NCBI RefSeq assembly: GCF_006345805.1 | Contig: NC_043017.1 | Location: forward strand, 16,616,001-16,680,000 | Source: Octopus sinensis | Taxonomy: Eukaryota | Direction: 5' to 3' | Length of the DNA: 64,000 bases | Part shown: positions 1 through 11,062 of the stretch, in pieces | Layout: each line of letters starts with the position of its first letter | How positions within the stretch are numbered: the stretch's first letter is position 1 | Program-made: the position numbers and the translations under genes | The notes under the pieces: generated by a model | Database searches by the model: none | The model's input: only the letters and a program-made list of their open reading frames with translations | What the model was told of the DNA's origin: nothing

Positions 1-28
1 ATTGGATTTGTTGTATTTTCATTTACAG

Positions 29-117
29 GTTTTGTGATCGAAGGGCTGCATCGCTCCGGTGTCACATCCGAAAGTGTTACAACCGAGAAAATGAACGAAG
101 TGTTAAGTCATGTGATT
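29..117 (+). CDS. QTRT2: QTRT2 coding exon (first in window; upstream exons lie outside)
   Basis: Acceptor tttacag|GT at 28/29, donor |GTGAGA at 118. Translates (G)FVIEGLHRSGVTSESVTTEKMNEVLSHVI, matching the GFLLDGF...LLSSVTAE region of vertebrate QTRT2 as recalled, and joins the next exon in frame. Confidence 0.85.
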
Positions 118-574
118 GTGAGACCCTCATTTTTTGACCCTGTATATTAGGGGGTGGGTGGGGGTGGGGGGAAACCCCATCACTCATGCATGGAATTTCA
201 GCCATATTCAAATTTGAAATCACCAACTGATGAGATTTAAAATACATAGGAAAAAAATAAGAAGAAAGATTTAAAACAATAAGAGTAATTTAACAGACGT
301 TTGCACTTGTAATTGAATTCTCCTACTAAAATGGTTCCCCTACCTTTGCTTCTGTGGCTAGTGGTTGTTTTATCACCAGTTAGCTCCGATCAAGTAGATC
401 TATGATTAGAATGTTCCACAAATGACTATTCTCTCTTTTATTTAGGCCAAATATGGTGTATCTAAAAGGGTAAAGGAAAACGGTGTATCTAGTACTTCAT
501 TATTCAATCTTTTATCTATTATTTGTTTCGGTCATTAGACTGTAGCCATGCTGAGGAATTGCTTTGAAGACTTT

Positions 575-1040
575 CATCATCATCATCATCATCATCATCA
601 TCGTTTAACGTCTGCTTTCCATGCTGGCATGGGTTGGACGATTTTGACTGAGGACTGGCGAACCAGATAACTGCACCAGGCTCCAATCTTGATCTGGCAG
701 AGTTTCTACAGCTTGATGCCCTTCCTAACGCCAACCACTCCGAGAGTGTAGTGGGTGCTTTTTACGTGCCATTGGCACAGGGGCCAGTCAGGTGCTACTG
801 GCAACGACCTCACTCAAATCTTTTTACACATGCCACTGGCACAGGTGCCAGTAAGGGGACGTTGGTAACGATCACGCTCGAATGGTGCGGGGGCCAGTCA
901 GGCAGTACTAGCAATGACCTCGCTCGAATCTTTTTACACATGCCACCGGCACAGGTGCCAGTAAGGCAACGTTGGTAATGATCACGCTCGGATGGTGCCC
1001 TTTTACGTACCACCGGCATGGAAGGCCAAACTTTAGCGCT
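575..1040 (-). mobile_element. RTE-type 3' end / short retroposon with (GAT)n tail
   Basis: (CAT)n followed by cgtttaacgtctgctttccatgctggcatgggttggacg. The same terminus ends the RTE LINE at 44326 and copies at 4715-4976, 6430-6490 and 53270-53822. Confidence 0.75.
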
Positions 1041-1364
1041 CATGTTATTTAAATGTCCTGGAAACTATGTCAAAGATGCAGAATAACATATTTTCTCAAA
1101 TTATGAAAATGTGCCACCAGTGGCGCATACAGTGGTTGAGTGAAGATTGTGATGAACCACTGGTGGCACATGTGGCAGTTAACATCTTTATAATTTATTG
1201 GGATTGTTTTTTTTTTTTTTAAGAATAATTTTTCAACCATTTCCCTATGTTTGGATGGGTGTAGATATGTTCTGGATTTTTGTTGCCTAGCCTTTACTAA
1301 TCTATGATTATAGGCAATCCAACCATGACTATCCCATGACTCTAGATTTTGTGCATCCATAAAG

Positions 1365-1490
1365 AGACCGATAGAATAAGTACTGGGCTTACAAAGAATA
1401 AGTCCCGGGGTCGAGTTGCTCGATTAAAGGCGGTGCTCCAGCATGGCCGCAGTCAAATGACTGAAACAAGTAAAAGAGTAAAAGAGAAAG
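1365..1490 (+). mobile_element. SINE family 2, 3' fragment
   Basis: Ends ggcggtgctccagcatggccgcagtcaaatgactgaaacaagtaaaagag, a tail repeated at ~2205-2270(-), ~3010, 33340-33460(-), 55500-55670 and ~61020. Confidence 0.75.
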
Positions 1491-1992
1491 ATGTCATCTA
1501 GTGTGTCTTTCTTTTTTTTTTTTTAAGGTGGTATGGTATTATTTGAGGTGGTTATCCCTAATTAATTGAGTGATCACCCAAAGGGCCCCACAGCGGATCA
1601 TTCTAATGTTTGTTATCCTGGGTTGTCATTTGTTTTATAAATAGATAGGACTGTACCCATTATTTTTATGGGCTGTCCCAGACTGGGGATGTGGTTGATC
1701 CCATTCTTGAATATCTACAGATCATGTCTGTATAAAAAAATACGAGATAGGGAGGGACGCAGAGCCTTAGTCCAGATGCTTGCTACAGAATGAACTCTGT
1801 CAAAGAACCTGATGACCAGGTTGTAATTGGTGCTCAGTGAAGCCTGCTATTTACTGGGCATGTCCTCAATATAACAGATTTCTGTTCTTTAGCTCCGTTA
1901 ATTCATAAATTTTATTTTTCTTCCTATTGGTTTAAAAAAAAATTTATTGTAAATTATTTCAATGGTGTGTCTTTTTTTATGTCTTTTAACAG

Positions 1993-2093
1993 AGCAATTT
2001 ACCTGAAGACAAACCTCGCCTAATGCAGTCATTGTGGACACCTGCGAAAGTGTTAGAAGCTGTTGAACAAGGAATTGATATATTCGACAGTTC
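1993..2093 (+). CDS. QTRT2: QTRT2 coding exon
   Basis: Acceptor ttttaacag|AGC. Translates SNLPEDKPRLMQSLWTPAKVLEAVEQGIDIFDS(S), with the LPEDKPR and G(I/V)D(I/L)F motifs of TGT-fold proteins. Ends at a U12-type donor |ATATCCTTTT. Confidence 0.92.
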
Positions 2094-2625
2094 ATATCCT
2101 TTTTTTAACCTTATAAAGAATTATTCAGCTTCTGTGATCATTCTAATCTTTGTGTATTTTACATGGTTCTATAAATAGCTTTTGTCCAGTATCCACTGCC
2201 TTTACGCTTTTACACTTTTACTTGTTTCAGTCATTTGACTGTGGCCATGCTGGAGCACCGCCTTCATTTAAAAAAAAAATTATTTGGAAATATATTGTCT
2301 GTAAATTGAATGTCCTGGACTACAAACTGTATAATCATAAGTTCATATCTCACTACTGTCTTTGTGGTGTTATGCTGTTCTAGATATTTCTAGTTAGTTT
2401 TTTAATTTTCCCTGAATTAAATACGTACCATAATGTGTTAACTGTAGTTTTCATAAAGATGGCATCTCTAAATTATTTAATTTCTTAACAATTCTATTTT
2501 TTCTACATCAACAATCATACCATCTTATACTTAGTGAAGTTTATGTTTTGCTGATGAGGCTGTAATAAAGTATTTTCTAGAAAATGAAAACATTATTTAT
2601 TGACTTATGTTTTTTTCCTTGCCAT

Positions 2626-2786
2626 AGGTGCAAGAGTGTCTGTGCAGTAAGTAGCTTGCTTACCAACCATATGGTTCCAAGTTCAGTCCCACTGCATGGC
2701 ACCTTGGGCAAGTATCTTCTACTATAGCCTCGGGCCGACCCAAAGCCTTGTGAGTGGATTTTTGATAGACAGAAACCTGTTGTATG

Positions 2787-2821
<35 letters not shown>

Positions 2822-3012
2822 TACTGTGTGTCTGTGTTTGTCCCCCATCATTGCTTGACAACTGATGTTGGTGTGTTTATGTCCCTTTAAGTTAGCCGTT
2901 TGGCAAAGGAGACTGATAGAATAAGTACTAGGCTTACAAAGAATAAGTCCTGGGGTCAATTTGACTAAAAGCAGTGCTCCAGCATGGCTGCAGTCAAATG
3001 ACTGAAACAAAC
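2626..3012 (+). mobile_element. tRNA-derived SINE family 2, near full length
   Basis: A/B-box-like head (gtgtctgtgcagtaag...aagttcagtccc), ggcaccttgggcaagt core, internal (TA)n, family-2 tail. Confidence 0.75.
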
Positions 3013-3499
3013 AAATAAAGTCTATTTATTTCCATTTAGCTTTTTTTTAATGTTCCTAATTTCTGTTCCAACATCCAACAGGTTTTATTGCTACGTCATG
3101 GTTGAGTGGTCATCAATAAGAATGGCCCATCCATTACAGCAGAATCGATGTCCTAAAACCACTCAGTTATGCTTGGACATATGTAGCCCTGTCCCTTCCT
3201 CCTCTCTCCCCTGTCTCTAACACATTGGGCACATCCCCCACCCCACTTTTCACATTATCTACTCTTATTTTTCTTAATTTCTGAGGGTAATGTGTCATTT
3301 GATGAAGATCTGGCTGTTGTTTCTAGCAGGTCAAATAGTCACATAGAGGCTTCCTCAAAACTTTTTTATGCAGTAAAGAGCACAGAATGTGTGTGTGGTG
3401 TTGCAATCATTTAGTCCTAGATCAGTAGACCTGTGATTAAAGACATTCCAAACATGACGAGCCCATCTTTTCTTTTGACAACGTCTAGTATTATAGAAG

Positions 3500-3705
3500 G
3501 CAGCGTTAGCACGCTGGGCGAAATGCTTAGCTGTTATGTTCTGAGTTCAAATTCCGGCGAGGTCAACTTTGCCTTTCATCATTTCGGGGTCGATTAAATA
3601 AGTACCAGTTACACACTGGGGTCGATATAATCGACTTAATCCGTTTGTCTGTCCTTGTTTGTCTTCTCTGTGTTTAGCCCCTTGTGGATAGTAAAGAAAT
3701 AAGTA
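3500..3705 (+). mobile_element. tRNA-derived SINE family 1 (Tx1-like tail)
   Basis: B box gagttcaaattcc, body gtcaactttgcctttcatc...ggggtcgat, tail tttgtcttctctgtgtttagccccttgtggatagtaaagaaat; other copies at 21395-21802 and 57500-57727. Confidence 0.8.
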
Positions 3706-3711
3706 TTTTGT

Positions 3712-3860
3712 CTTTACATTAGGAGTTCAAATTCCGCCAAGGTTGACTTTGCCTTTTGGGGTTGATAAATTACGTACCAGTTGTGTACTGGTGTCAATCT
3801 AATCAACTGGCCCCCTCCCCCAAAATTTCAGGCCTTGTGCCTAGAGTAGAAAAGAATGTC
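3712..3860 (+). mobile_element. SINE family-1 body with an alternative 3' tail
   Basis: Same B box and body as 3500-3705, but ends cccccaaaatttcaggccttgtgcctagagtagaaaagaat. Confidence 0.65.
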
Positions 3861-4141
3861 TAGTATTATTATTATTATCTATTGTGTCCTTTTATTGGTA
3901 AAGATGGTAGGGAACAATTTGAAGGAGATTTGGCTAAAATTTGTTACAACTCAAGCAACCGCAAAGAGGTTCTTTTGCTGGTTTGTGTGTACAGAGTTGT
4001 TGCAAGAGGTACAACAAGTGGGTGTTTTGTGTTGGCATCTGCAGAGAAAGCTGTGTAGTTGTAATTCTATTATAATTATAGTTCTGGATCAATATCTTTT
4101 TTTTTTCAGTTAAAGAAATTTGAAATAATTTTTTTTTTTAA

Positions 4142-4362
4142 CCCTTTAGCATTCAGGATCAATCTGTCAAATGTAAAGCCTGTTTAATCACATTGTTTTA
4201 AATTAATTGTACAGCATCTTGTAACTCTGAGATTTTGATGACGTCCCTGTTTATTTTTAGAATGACTTTGTAGGGTAAGTGTGAGAGGTCAGAGCTGGCT
4301 GGTTTGAGCATAAAACAGGAAAACAATTTTGGCCTGGTATGGCCGGTTTAAACACTAAAGGG
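4142..4362. mobile_element. piggyBac-type MITE
   Basis: TTAA|CCCTTTAG ... CTAAAGGG|TTAA, i.e. terminal inverted repeats flanked by TTAA at 4138-4141 and 4363-4366. Confidence 0.7.
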
Positions 4363-4402
4363 TTAAAGCAAAAATTATAAATATTCCTTAATAGCCTCCC
4401 AG

Positions 4403-4528
4403 ATATCCATATCTTGCCACAGAAAGGGGAGCAGCCTTGGTTTTCAGTTTTCAGTCTACTAAATCTTTGAAAGAGTCTAACAACAGAACTGGTTTGAGAC
4501 CATTTGAAATAGCTCTTTCAGACCCAGA
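4403..4528 (+). CDS. QTRT2: QTRT2 coding exon
   Basis: Translates YPYLATERGAALVFSFQSTKSLKESNNRTGLRPFEIALSDP(D); compare human FPYQVTERGCALTFSF...FEINLKEKK as recalled. Donor GA|GTAAGT at 4529. Confidence 0.92.
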
Positions 4529-4714
4529 GTAAGTAAACCTATTTTTATTATTAAATTACTAGTGTGTTACTTGTTAAAGGACAAATAATTTTGGTAGTAT
4601 ACTGTTGCCATTATGGGTAATATCAGGAAATGACATGGAAATACAAAATGATGAAATGAATACTAATCTTCAACATAAAAATATTTATTGCTTTAAAATA
4701 AAATTTCTCATTTG

Positions 4715-4919
4715 TATAGTGGCCGTTGCTAGCCTTGCCTGGCACTTGTGCCTGTGGCACGTAAAAAGCACCCACTACACTCATGGAGTGGTTGGCGTTA
4801 GGAAGGGCATCCAGCTGTAGAAACACTGCCAGATCAGACTGGTGCCTGGTGCAGCCTCCTGGCTTCCCAGACCCTGGTCGAACTGTCCAACCCATGCTAG
4901 CATGGAAAACGGACGTTAA

Positions 4920-4975
<56 letters not shown>

Positions 4976-4976
4976 A
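4715..4976 (+). mobile_element. RTE-type 3' end / short retroposon with (GAT)n tail
   Basis: Ends gtccaacccatgctagcatggaaaacggacgttaaa(tga)n. Confidence 0.75.
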
Positions 4977-6573
4977 TATTTGCAATTATGCTACTTTAAA
5001 ATTTTTTTTATCCACATAATTGCAATCTATTTCCATGAAAAACCTGTCTCTGCTAAGTTTCATTTCGAAAGTGTGTATTTTTCAGAAAGTTATTAGAACT
5101 CTTATCTCTTATATTAATTCTCTCTACATGAGATAAAGCATGATTTAGGAAATAACCGATCAACAAACATGTATATTGGTTATTATGATAAAGGAATTGT
5201 CACTTTGGTTACAATCTAGTTTCCTAAGGAAGCTTCTATAGTTGTTGTTGTATAAGCTCATGTTGGCTTTGATCAAAAAGAACTACAATTAAAGGCATTC
5301 AAATTGTGACCAAACTCTTTTTTTTTCAGTCATAATGTACCTGGAAATACATTATTCAAAGCATCTGTTTAGGTGTGACTTCAGTGAGATTTGGCATGTC
5401 CAGCAACCAATGATCCCTCTGGATAGAGCTCTTACTGGTTTATGCAATTTACGTAACTGAACCCCAAAAGGATGAAAAACAAAATTTATGTTATTTGGAC
5501 AAGGAAAAGTAACCAGATGGGGCGGACGCATATCTTTATGGCAGTTACACCAAATCTATTCTCACTACTAGCCAATGGGGGTGGGGTGGGGTAACACTTC
5601 AACAGATTCTCCTTGTTGAGTGCTAAGCAACAACTGTCAAATTCACTGCTTTAGTTCTTAGTAATGTTATTTGATTAGTGATTTAGTTTATTAATCAACA
5701 ATGTCTACCCTTTTCATTAACATGCAAATTTTCTGTGCTGTTGAGTGAACCATTTTCCGCAGTCTTTGTCAAATTTTGGCTGAGTCATTCTCTACGCACA
5801 TACATGTACTCACACACATACATACGCACATGCATACATGCGCATATACATACATACATACGCACATGCGTACGTACGTGCATACTCACATACATACATA
5901 CATACACACACACATACGTATATATATATATATATATATATAACCTGAACTAACTAGATGTAAGGGAGAAAAGAAAAAAAAAAGTAATAGTAAAACAAAA
6001 GTTTTGTGATATAGAGATAAATGTCTGATAATAGGTTTTAGAGTTTTGTTTTGGGGGTGAGGGTCGTAAATCACTTCCTAGTTTCCACGGTGGGGAGGTT
6101 GAAATTTGATATTGTTGTGATGAGTGGTCAGTCTACATCTATCCATCACTACAGGTTTATAGCTTTAAGTTTATAGTGTGTGTGCGCGTGCATATACACA
6201 CATACATACACATAGCGTACATACGTATATACATACATGCATGCATGCATTAGTGCGTGCATACACACACACATACGTACATATATATAACGAACTAACT
6301 GTTACTTTCTCAGATGCAGCACGGATTTTTGTCAGTGAATGAGAGTTCTAATAACTTTCTGAAAAATACACACTTTTGAAATGAAACTTAGCAGAGACAG
6401 GTTTTGATGGAATTAGATTGGCAAATATATCATCATCATCATCATCGTTTAACATCTATTTTCCATGCTAGCATAGGTTGGACGGTTCGACCAGTCTCAA
6501 AGCGATGAAAATATTTTGACAAATTAAACTTAAATGTTGAAGTGAATCTAACGGTTTTTGTGTGTTTCTTAAA

Positions 6574-7086
6574 TCTATATATATAAAACTGTAGTTGTGT
6601 GAGTGTCTGTCCCCTTCAATTTAGATTCCTAACTACTCCCACATTTTGCGGTGCAGTTTAACCAAATTCGGGTATCTTATAGTCGTGATTCATATCGAGC
6701 CCGTCTGAGTATTAGCGCGCGTCTACGATGAGTCTACGATTTTAAAAATAATTTAACATCATTTTTTATTCCATTTTAATGCATAATTTTTCGTGTGTCG
6801 ATGGCTGCGGAGTTGGCGTCCATGGTCACACCTGCACCTGTTTGCTTCTCCCCCTTCTTCCCTCCATCGTGAAGCTGTGGGGAAAGGAGTGTAAGGAAAT
6901 CAACGTCGTAAAGCATCGTCAAGGAGACCAGCGTTCTTTTAGAACAACGACTTCATGGCTTGAAGACACCAAAACAGAAATGGCTAAGAAAACCCGAATT
7001 GGCATCTATAAGGGAAGTAACTCTCTAAAAATGCTTATATAGTTATTTCCCTTACAAACCCGAGCAACGCCGGGCGATACTGCTAG
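6574..7086 (+). mobile_element. Non-autonomous Helitron (family A), complete
   Basis: A|TCTATATATAT at the 5' end; cccgagcaacgccggg hairpin plus CTAG|T at the 3' end; no TSD. Empty-site versions of the host repeat occur at ~54470-54620 and ~56950-57095. Confidence 0.9.
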
Positions 7087-7589
7087 TGGCTTATAAACAT
7101 CTTCAACGCTGTAATTGTTTTCGTTTCGGCACACGATCTCAGATCAAATCACTTGCTATGCAAGTACATCTCTGTAATATAAATTTGTTCTTTTTATTCT
7201 AATTTTTAAGTCTTAATACTTAGTTGTTTGTATCTTCATTAATAAATAATATAAAAAAAAGGGCCTCAGTGGCATAACCTTTAAATTCAGATTTCAACAA
7301 GTTAGTGCTAGAAAGTAGCTTGATCATTCACATTGGCCATTGGCCTGTATGTCACAGTATAAGAAATATGTGATCAGTCAAATTACAAATAGTCACAGAT
7401 TTTGTGTGCTGACTCCACAGCCTTTACTAAAAGTTAGGAAAATAGCAAACATAAGGATAATACTTCAAATATATTGAAATGTTAGCATTGTTCTTGTTGG
7501 TCATAAGTTGAAATCTCATACTGTATTCTCCCCCCGAATCAGTCTTATTCCAGTTGACATGACTGAAAAAACGAGTTTGTTTTGTATAA

Positions 7590-7826
<237 letters not shown>

Positions 7827-8166
7827 TGATCAATATTCCCCGAGTGAAAAGTTGGCTGATGGAAACCCACCAGAAACCGGATTAGTAGATTTCTCTCTAC
7901 ATTCTGAATTCAAATCCCACTGGGGTCAACTTTAATGAATAAAATGCAAACCCTTGCACTGGAGTCTTCCTTTTGTCTGACTGTCTCTTCTGGAAGAAAC
8001 AGTCTGTAGAGAGGGATGGACTTCACCAGCTCTCAAAGTACCTAAGACATGCTGTTTGTCTCAGGTACTCTACAACTCCATCAAGGAACTGAAGACCCAA
8101 AGCATAAACGACTTACTCTCTTAGTCAATCAATCATCAATCAATCTATCTATCCATCCACCCGTCC

Positions 8167-8220
<54 letters not shown>

Positions 8221-8583
8221 TTAACGATCTGTCTGTCTGTCTGCCTGTCTGTCTGTCTGCCTGCCTGTCCGTCCGTCCGTCTGCCCGTCCGTCTATCCAT
8301 CCATCCATCCATCCATCTATCTATCTATCTGTCTGTCTATCTATATCCAACCCTCTGCCTTTTACACCTTTTGTGTTATTTTTTCTGTGCTAAGTTTATC
8401 TCACACAGCAGACTAGAGACTGTCCCGTTAGAAACCTTATTACAAATGCTACAAATGTCCACCAATTATGATACAAATACATTCTCCACTGTTTAGCAAA
8501 TGTACTTCTTCATCTTATGTGACATCAAAATGTTAGTCACTTTTTCCATTTGGTGTATTTGACCATTGTTCCTTCTGTTGCAG

Positions 8584-8704
8584 CCACAACTTCAGTCATT
8601 ATTTCAGCTACTTTGAGGCAATACGTCAGGCTCTAAAAGACAATACATTTCTTCAGCTCAAAGCACTCATCCAAGAACAGGCATCAATGTTAGACAAAGA
8701 ATAA
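8584..8704 (+). CDS. QTRT2: QTRT2 terminal coding exon
   Basis: Acceptor ctgttgcag|C. Translates HNFSHYFSYFEAIRQALKDNTFLQLKALIQEQASMLDKE*, completing the C-x-C-x2-C-x25-H zinc site. The five exons sum to 563 nt = 2 nt + 187 codons. Confidence 0.95.
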
Positions 8705-8855
8705 ACCAAATTATGTTAAATAAATATTTTGTTCTTCAAATACCTGATTTCTTTCTTTTTGTTTGTTTGTTTGTTTCAAGCATTTTTCTATCATTTTATG
8801 TATAAAAGATTTCATAGAAAGGATTTTGGTTATTTTTTTCAAAGAACACAATAAA
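8700..8855 (+). promoter_or_regulatory. Candidate polyadenylation signals of QTRT2
   Basis: AATAAA at 8700-8705 (overlapping the stop codon), 8719-8724 and 8850-8855. Which one is used cannot be told from sequence. Confidence 0.4.
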
Positions 8856-9112
8856 ACAACCGTTTAGTTCAGGAGTGGGGCCAGTGAATCTTGAAAATAT
8901 TTGGTCTTCAACATAGTCAACGAACAGGCTCGCAAAGAGGGGTCCTATTCCCGTTCGCATGGTCACTTCCAAGACCTGTTGGTAAAACTCCCCTGCAAAC
9001 GAGAAGCAGTTGAAAGAGAGAACAAGTTCGGCCAAGGCGAAGTGTGGAGGTGTCAGGTTGGGGGTTGGGTCGGAGGTCTAGGAAGTGTTTGAGGCAGGAA
9101 GTCCTGGTTTGG
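8856..9112 (-). mobile_element. Penelope-like element reverse-transcriptase fragment
   Basis: LAELVLSFNCFSFAGEFYQQVLEVTMRTGIGPLFASLFVDYVEDQIFSRFTGPTPEL resembles the PLE RT region preceding YIDD. Confidence 0.75.
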
Positions 9113-9487
9113 TGTTGTCTTGCAATAAGATAGGAGTTGGTCTGTTGACTAATTTAGGCTGTTTTTCTGTAAGTTTCTGCATCGTTTGGTCCAGTTGGCT
9201 GTAGTTATACTTCGGTCGTGATTGATGAGCCGGGTTTAATGAAATTATAATGGATCATACCTGCGCCAGACCACCAAAGACTCACCACAGCTTCTTTTGA
9301 TGAATTTTGCTTTGGGGACTGTGTTTTGGTGGCTTGTCTTTGTATCATTTCTGTAGTTATCTTTCGGCCAAGGCGAAGTGAGGAGATATTAGGTTGACGG
9401 TTGGGTCGGAGGTCTAGGAAGTGTTTGAGGGCAGGAAGTCCTTCGATGTGTGGGATCCCCGTATATAGTCTCTTGATATCAAAAGTG
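9113..9487 (-). mobile_element. mariner transposase fragment fused to a PLE RT fragment (inverted copy of 13125-13512)
   Basis: Reverse complement nearly identical to 13125-13512, including the junction ccttggccgaa|agataactacag. Confidence 0.8.
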
Positions 9488-9858
9488 CATCTACGATGAG
9501 TCTACGATTTTAAAAATAATTTAACATCATTTTTTATTCCATTTTAATGCATAATTTTTCGTGTGTCGATGGCAGCGGAGTTGGCGTCCATGCTCAAACA
9601 CCTGCACCTGTGTTTGCTTCTCCCCCTTCTTCCCTCCCTCGTGAAGCTGTGGGGAAGGGAGTTTAAGGAAATCAACGTCGTAAAGCGTTGTCAAGGAGAC
9701 CAGCGTTCTTTTAGAACAACGGCTTCATGGCTTGAAGACACCAAAACAGAAATGGCTAAGAAAGCCCAAATTGGCATCTATAAGGGAAGTAACTCTCTAA
9801 AAATGCTTATATAGTTATTTCCCTTACAAACCCGAGCAACGCCGGGCGATACTGCTAG
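9488..9858 (+). mobile_element. Helitron family A, 5'-truncated
   Basis: Closely matches 6722-7086; hairpin plus CTAG|T at 9855-9859. Confidence 0.85.
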
Positions 9859-9873
9859 TTTCTTTATAAACAA

Positions 9874-10269
9874 CTAGCAGTATCGCTCAGCGTTGCTCGG
9901 GTTTGTAAGGGAAATAACTATATAAGCATTTTTAGAGATGTAAAGTATAATAGCCATCTCAATATGGCTAACCACAAAGGGGGCGGGTTACTGTAGCTTT
10001 TTACGTTCTGAGATTTAATAATACATTTTTAGAGAGTTACTTCTCTTATGTATGCCAAAAATGCATTAAAAATGGGAAAAATTGATGGTAAATTTTTTTT
10101 TAAATCGTAGACTCATCATATACGCGCGCTAATACCCAGAAGGGCTCGATATGAATCACGACTATAAGATACCCGGTTTTGGTTAAACTGCACCGCAAAA
10201 TGTGGGAGTAGTTAGGAATCTAAATCGTAGGAGACAGACAGCACACAACCTCACTTTTATATATAAAGA
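9874..10269 (-). mobile_element. Non-autonomous Helitron (family A subtype), complete
   Basis: On the minus strand A|TC...hairpin...CTAG|T; near-identical to 22744-23134. Confidence 0.85.
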
Positions 10270-11062
10270 TATTTTAAAATTTTATTTCGGGGTGCATAAG
10301 GAAAAAGATTTGCTTTTGCTTCCACACGCACAAACATAAACATACACAAAAAATTACGTACATATAGAGAGATATATTGATAGCGCGTTGGATGGATAGA
10401 TAGATGGATGGATGGATAGATGAATGGGTAGATAGATAGATAGATGAATAGATAGATGGATGGATGGATAGATAGATAGATAAGAGACACATTTGATTTA
10501 ATAAAGTATCTTTACTGAAAGAGCAAAGAAATAAAACAAATTCTTGTGTGTGTGTGTGTGTGTGAAGGTAGATACCGAGACAGTTTATTAAATCGAAGAG
10601 CGTTGAGCGCGTGGAAAGCTGGAACGTCGGTCATTAATGCAGTTGCTATAGTTGCAATGAGCCCCGCTTGAAATCCGCTGATAATCCGATATCTTATTGA
10701 CCGCAAATTATAGTCCTTAATGATTTACTACTGATGCAACAATGATAAATATAAATCAATGATTGCCATCTGCTTATAGGTGTAAGGGAACAAAGATGGC
10801 TTAGACCATACGGTCAATCAGTCAAAAAGATCGGTTATTTTGTGCTGCAATGCGTATGATTGTTGCATTGACACTCAACGATCTATAAAGCATTCATTGC
10901 TGCACAATTTTCTTTCTGTATTTTAATTTGAAGTATTGTGTTCAGTTATTCCTTCATCAGAAACAAAAAAACATCAGCGTGATCTTCTCATTCTGTAGTA
11001 TATATGCTGCCAAGCATTTTGTTCGGCGCGCTCACGATGTTGCTAGGTCACTGCATTATTTA

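Larger units (their letters stand above)
2094..4402 (+). other. U12-type (minor spliceosome) intron with AT...AG termini in QTRT2
   Basis: 5' end ATATCCTTTT (consensus RTATCCTTT). Branch site TTCCTTAAT at 4384-4392 (consensus TTCCTTRAY). Ends CCCAG at 4402. Splicing restores D-S-S-Y-P-Y in frame. Confidence 0.85.

Noticed and set aside
1898-2095. Minus-strand 65-aa ORF (MNCRIYQF...)
   Set aside because: It is the antisense shadow of the QTRT2 exon at 1993-2093.
2090-4394. Canonical GT-AG reading of the QTRT2 intron (GT at 2090, or AG at 4393-4394)
   Set aside because: The GT has a poor donor context and no AG in matching phase; the 4394 AG is too close to the branch site and out of phase with the TC| donor.
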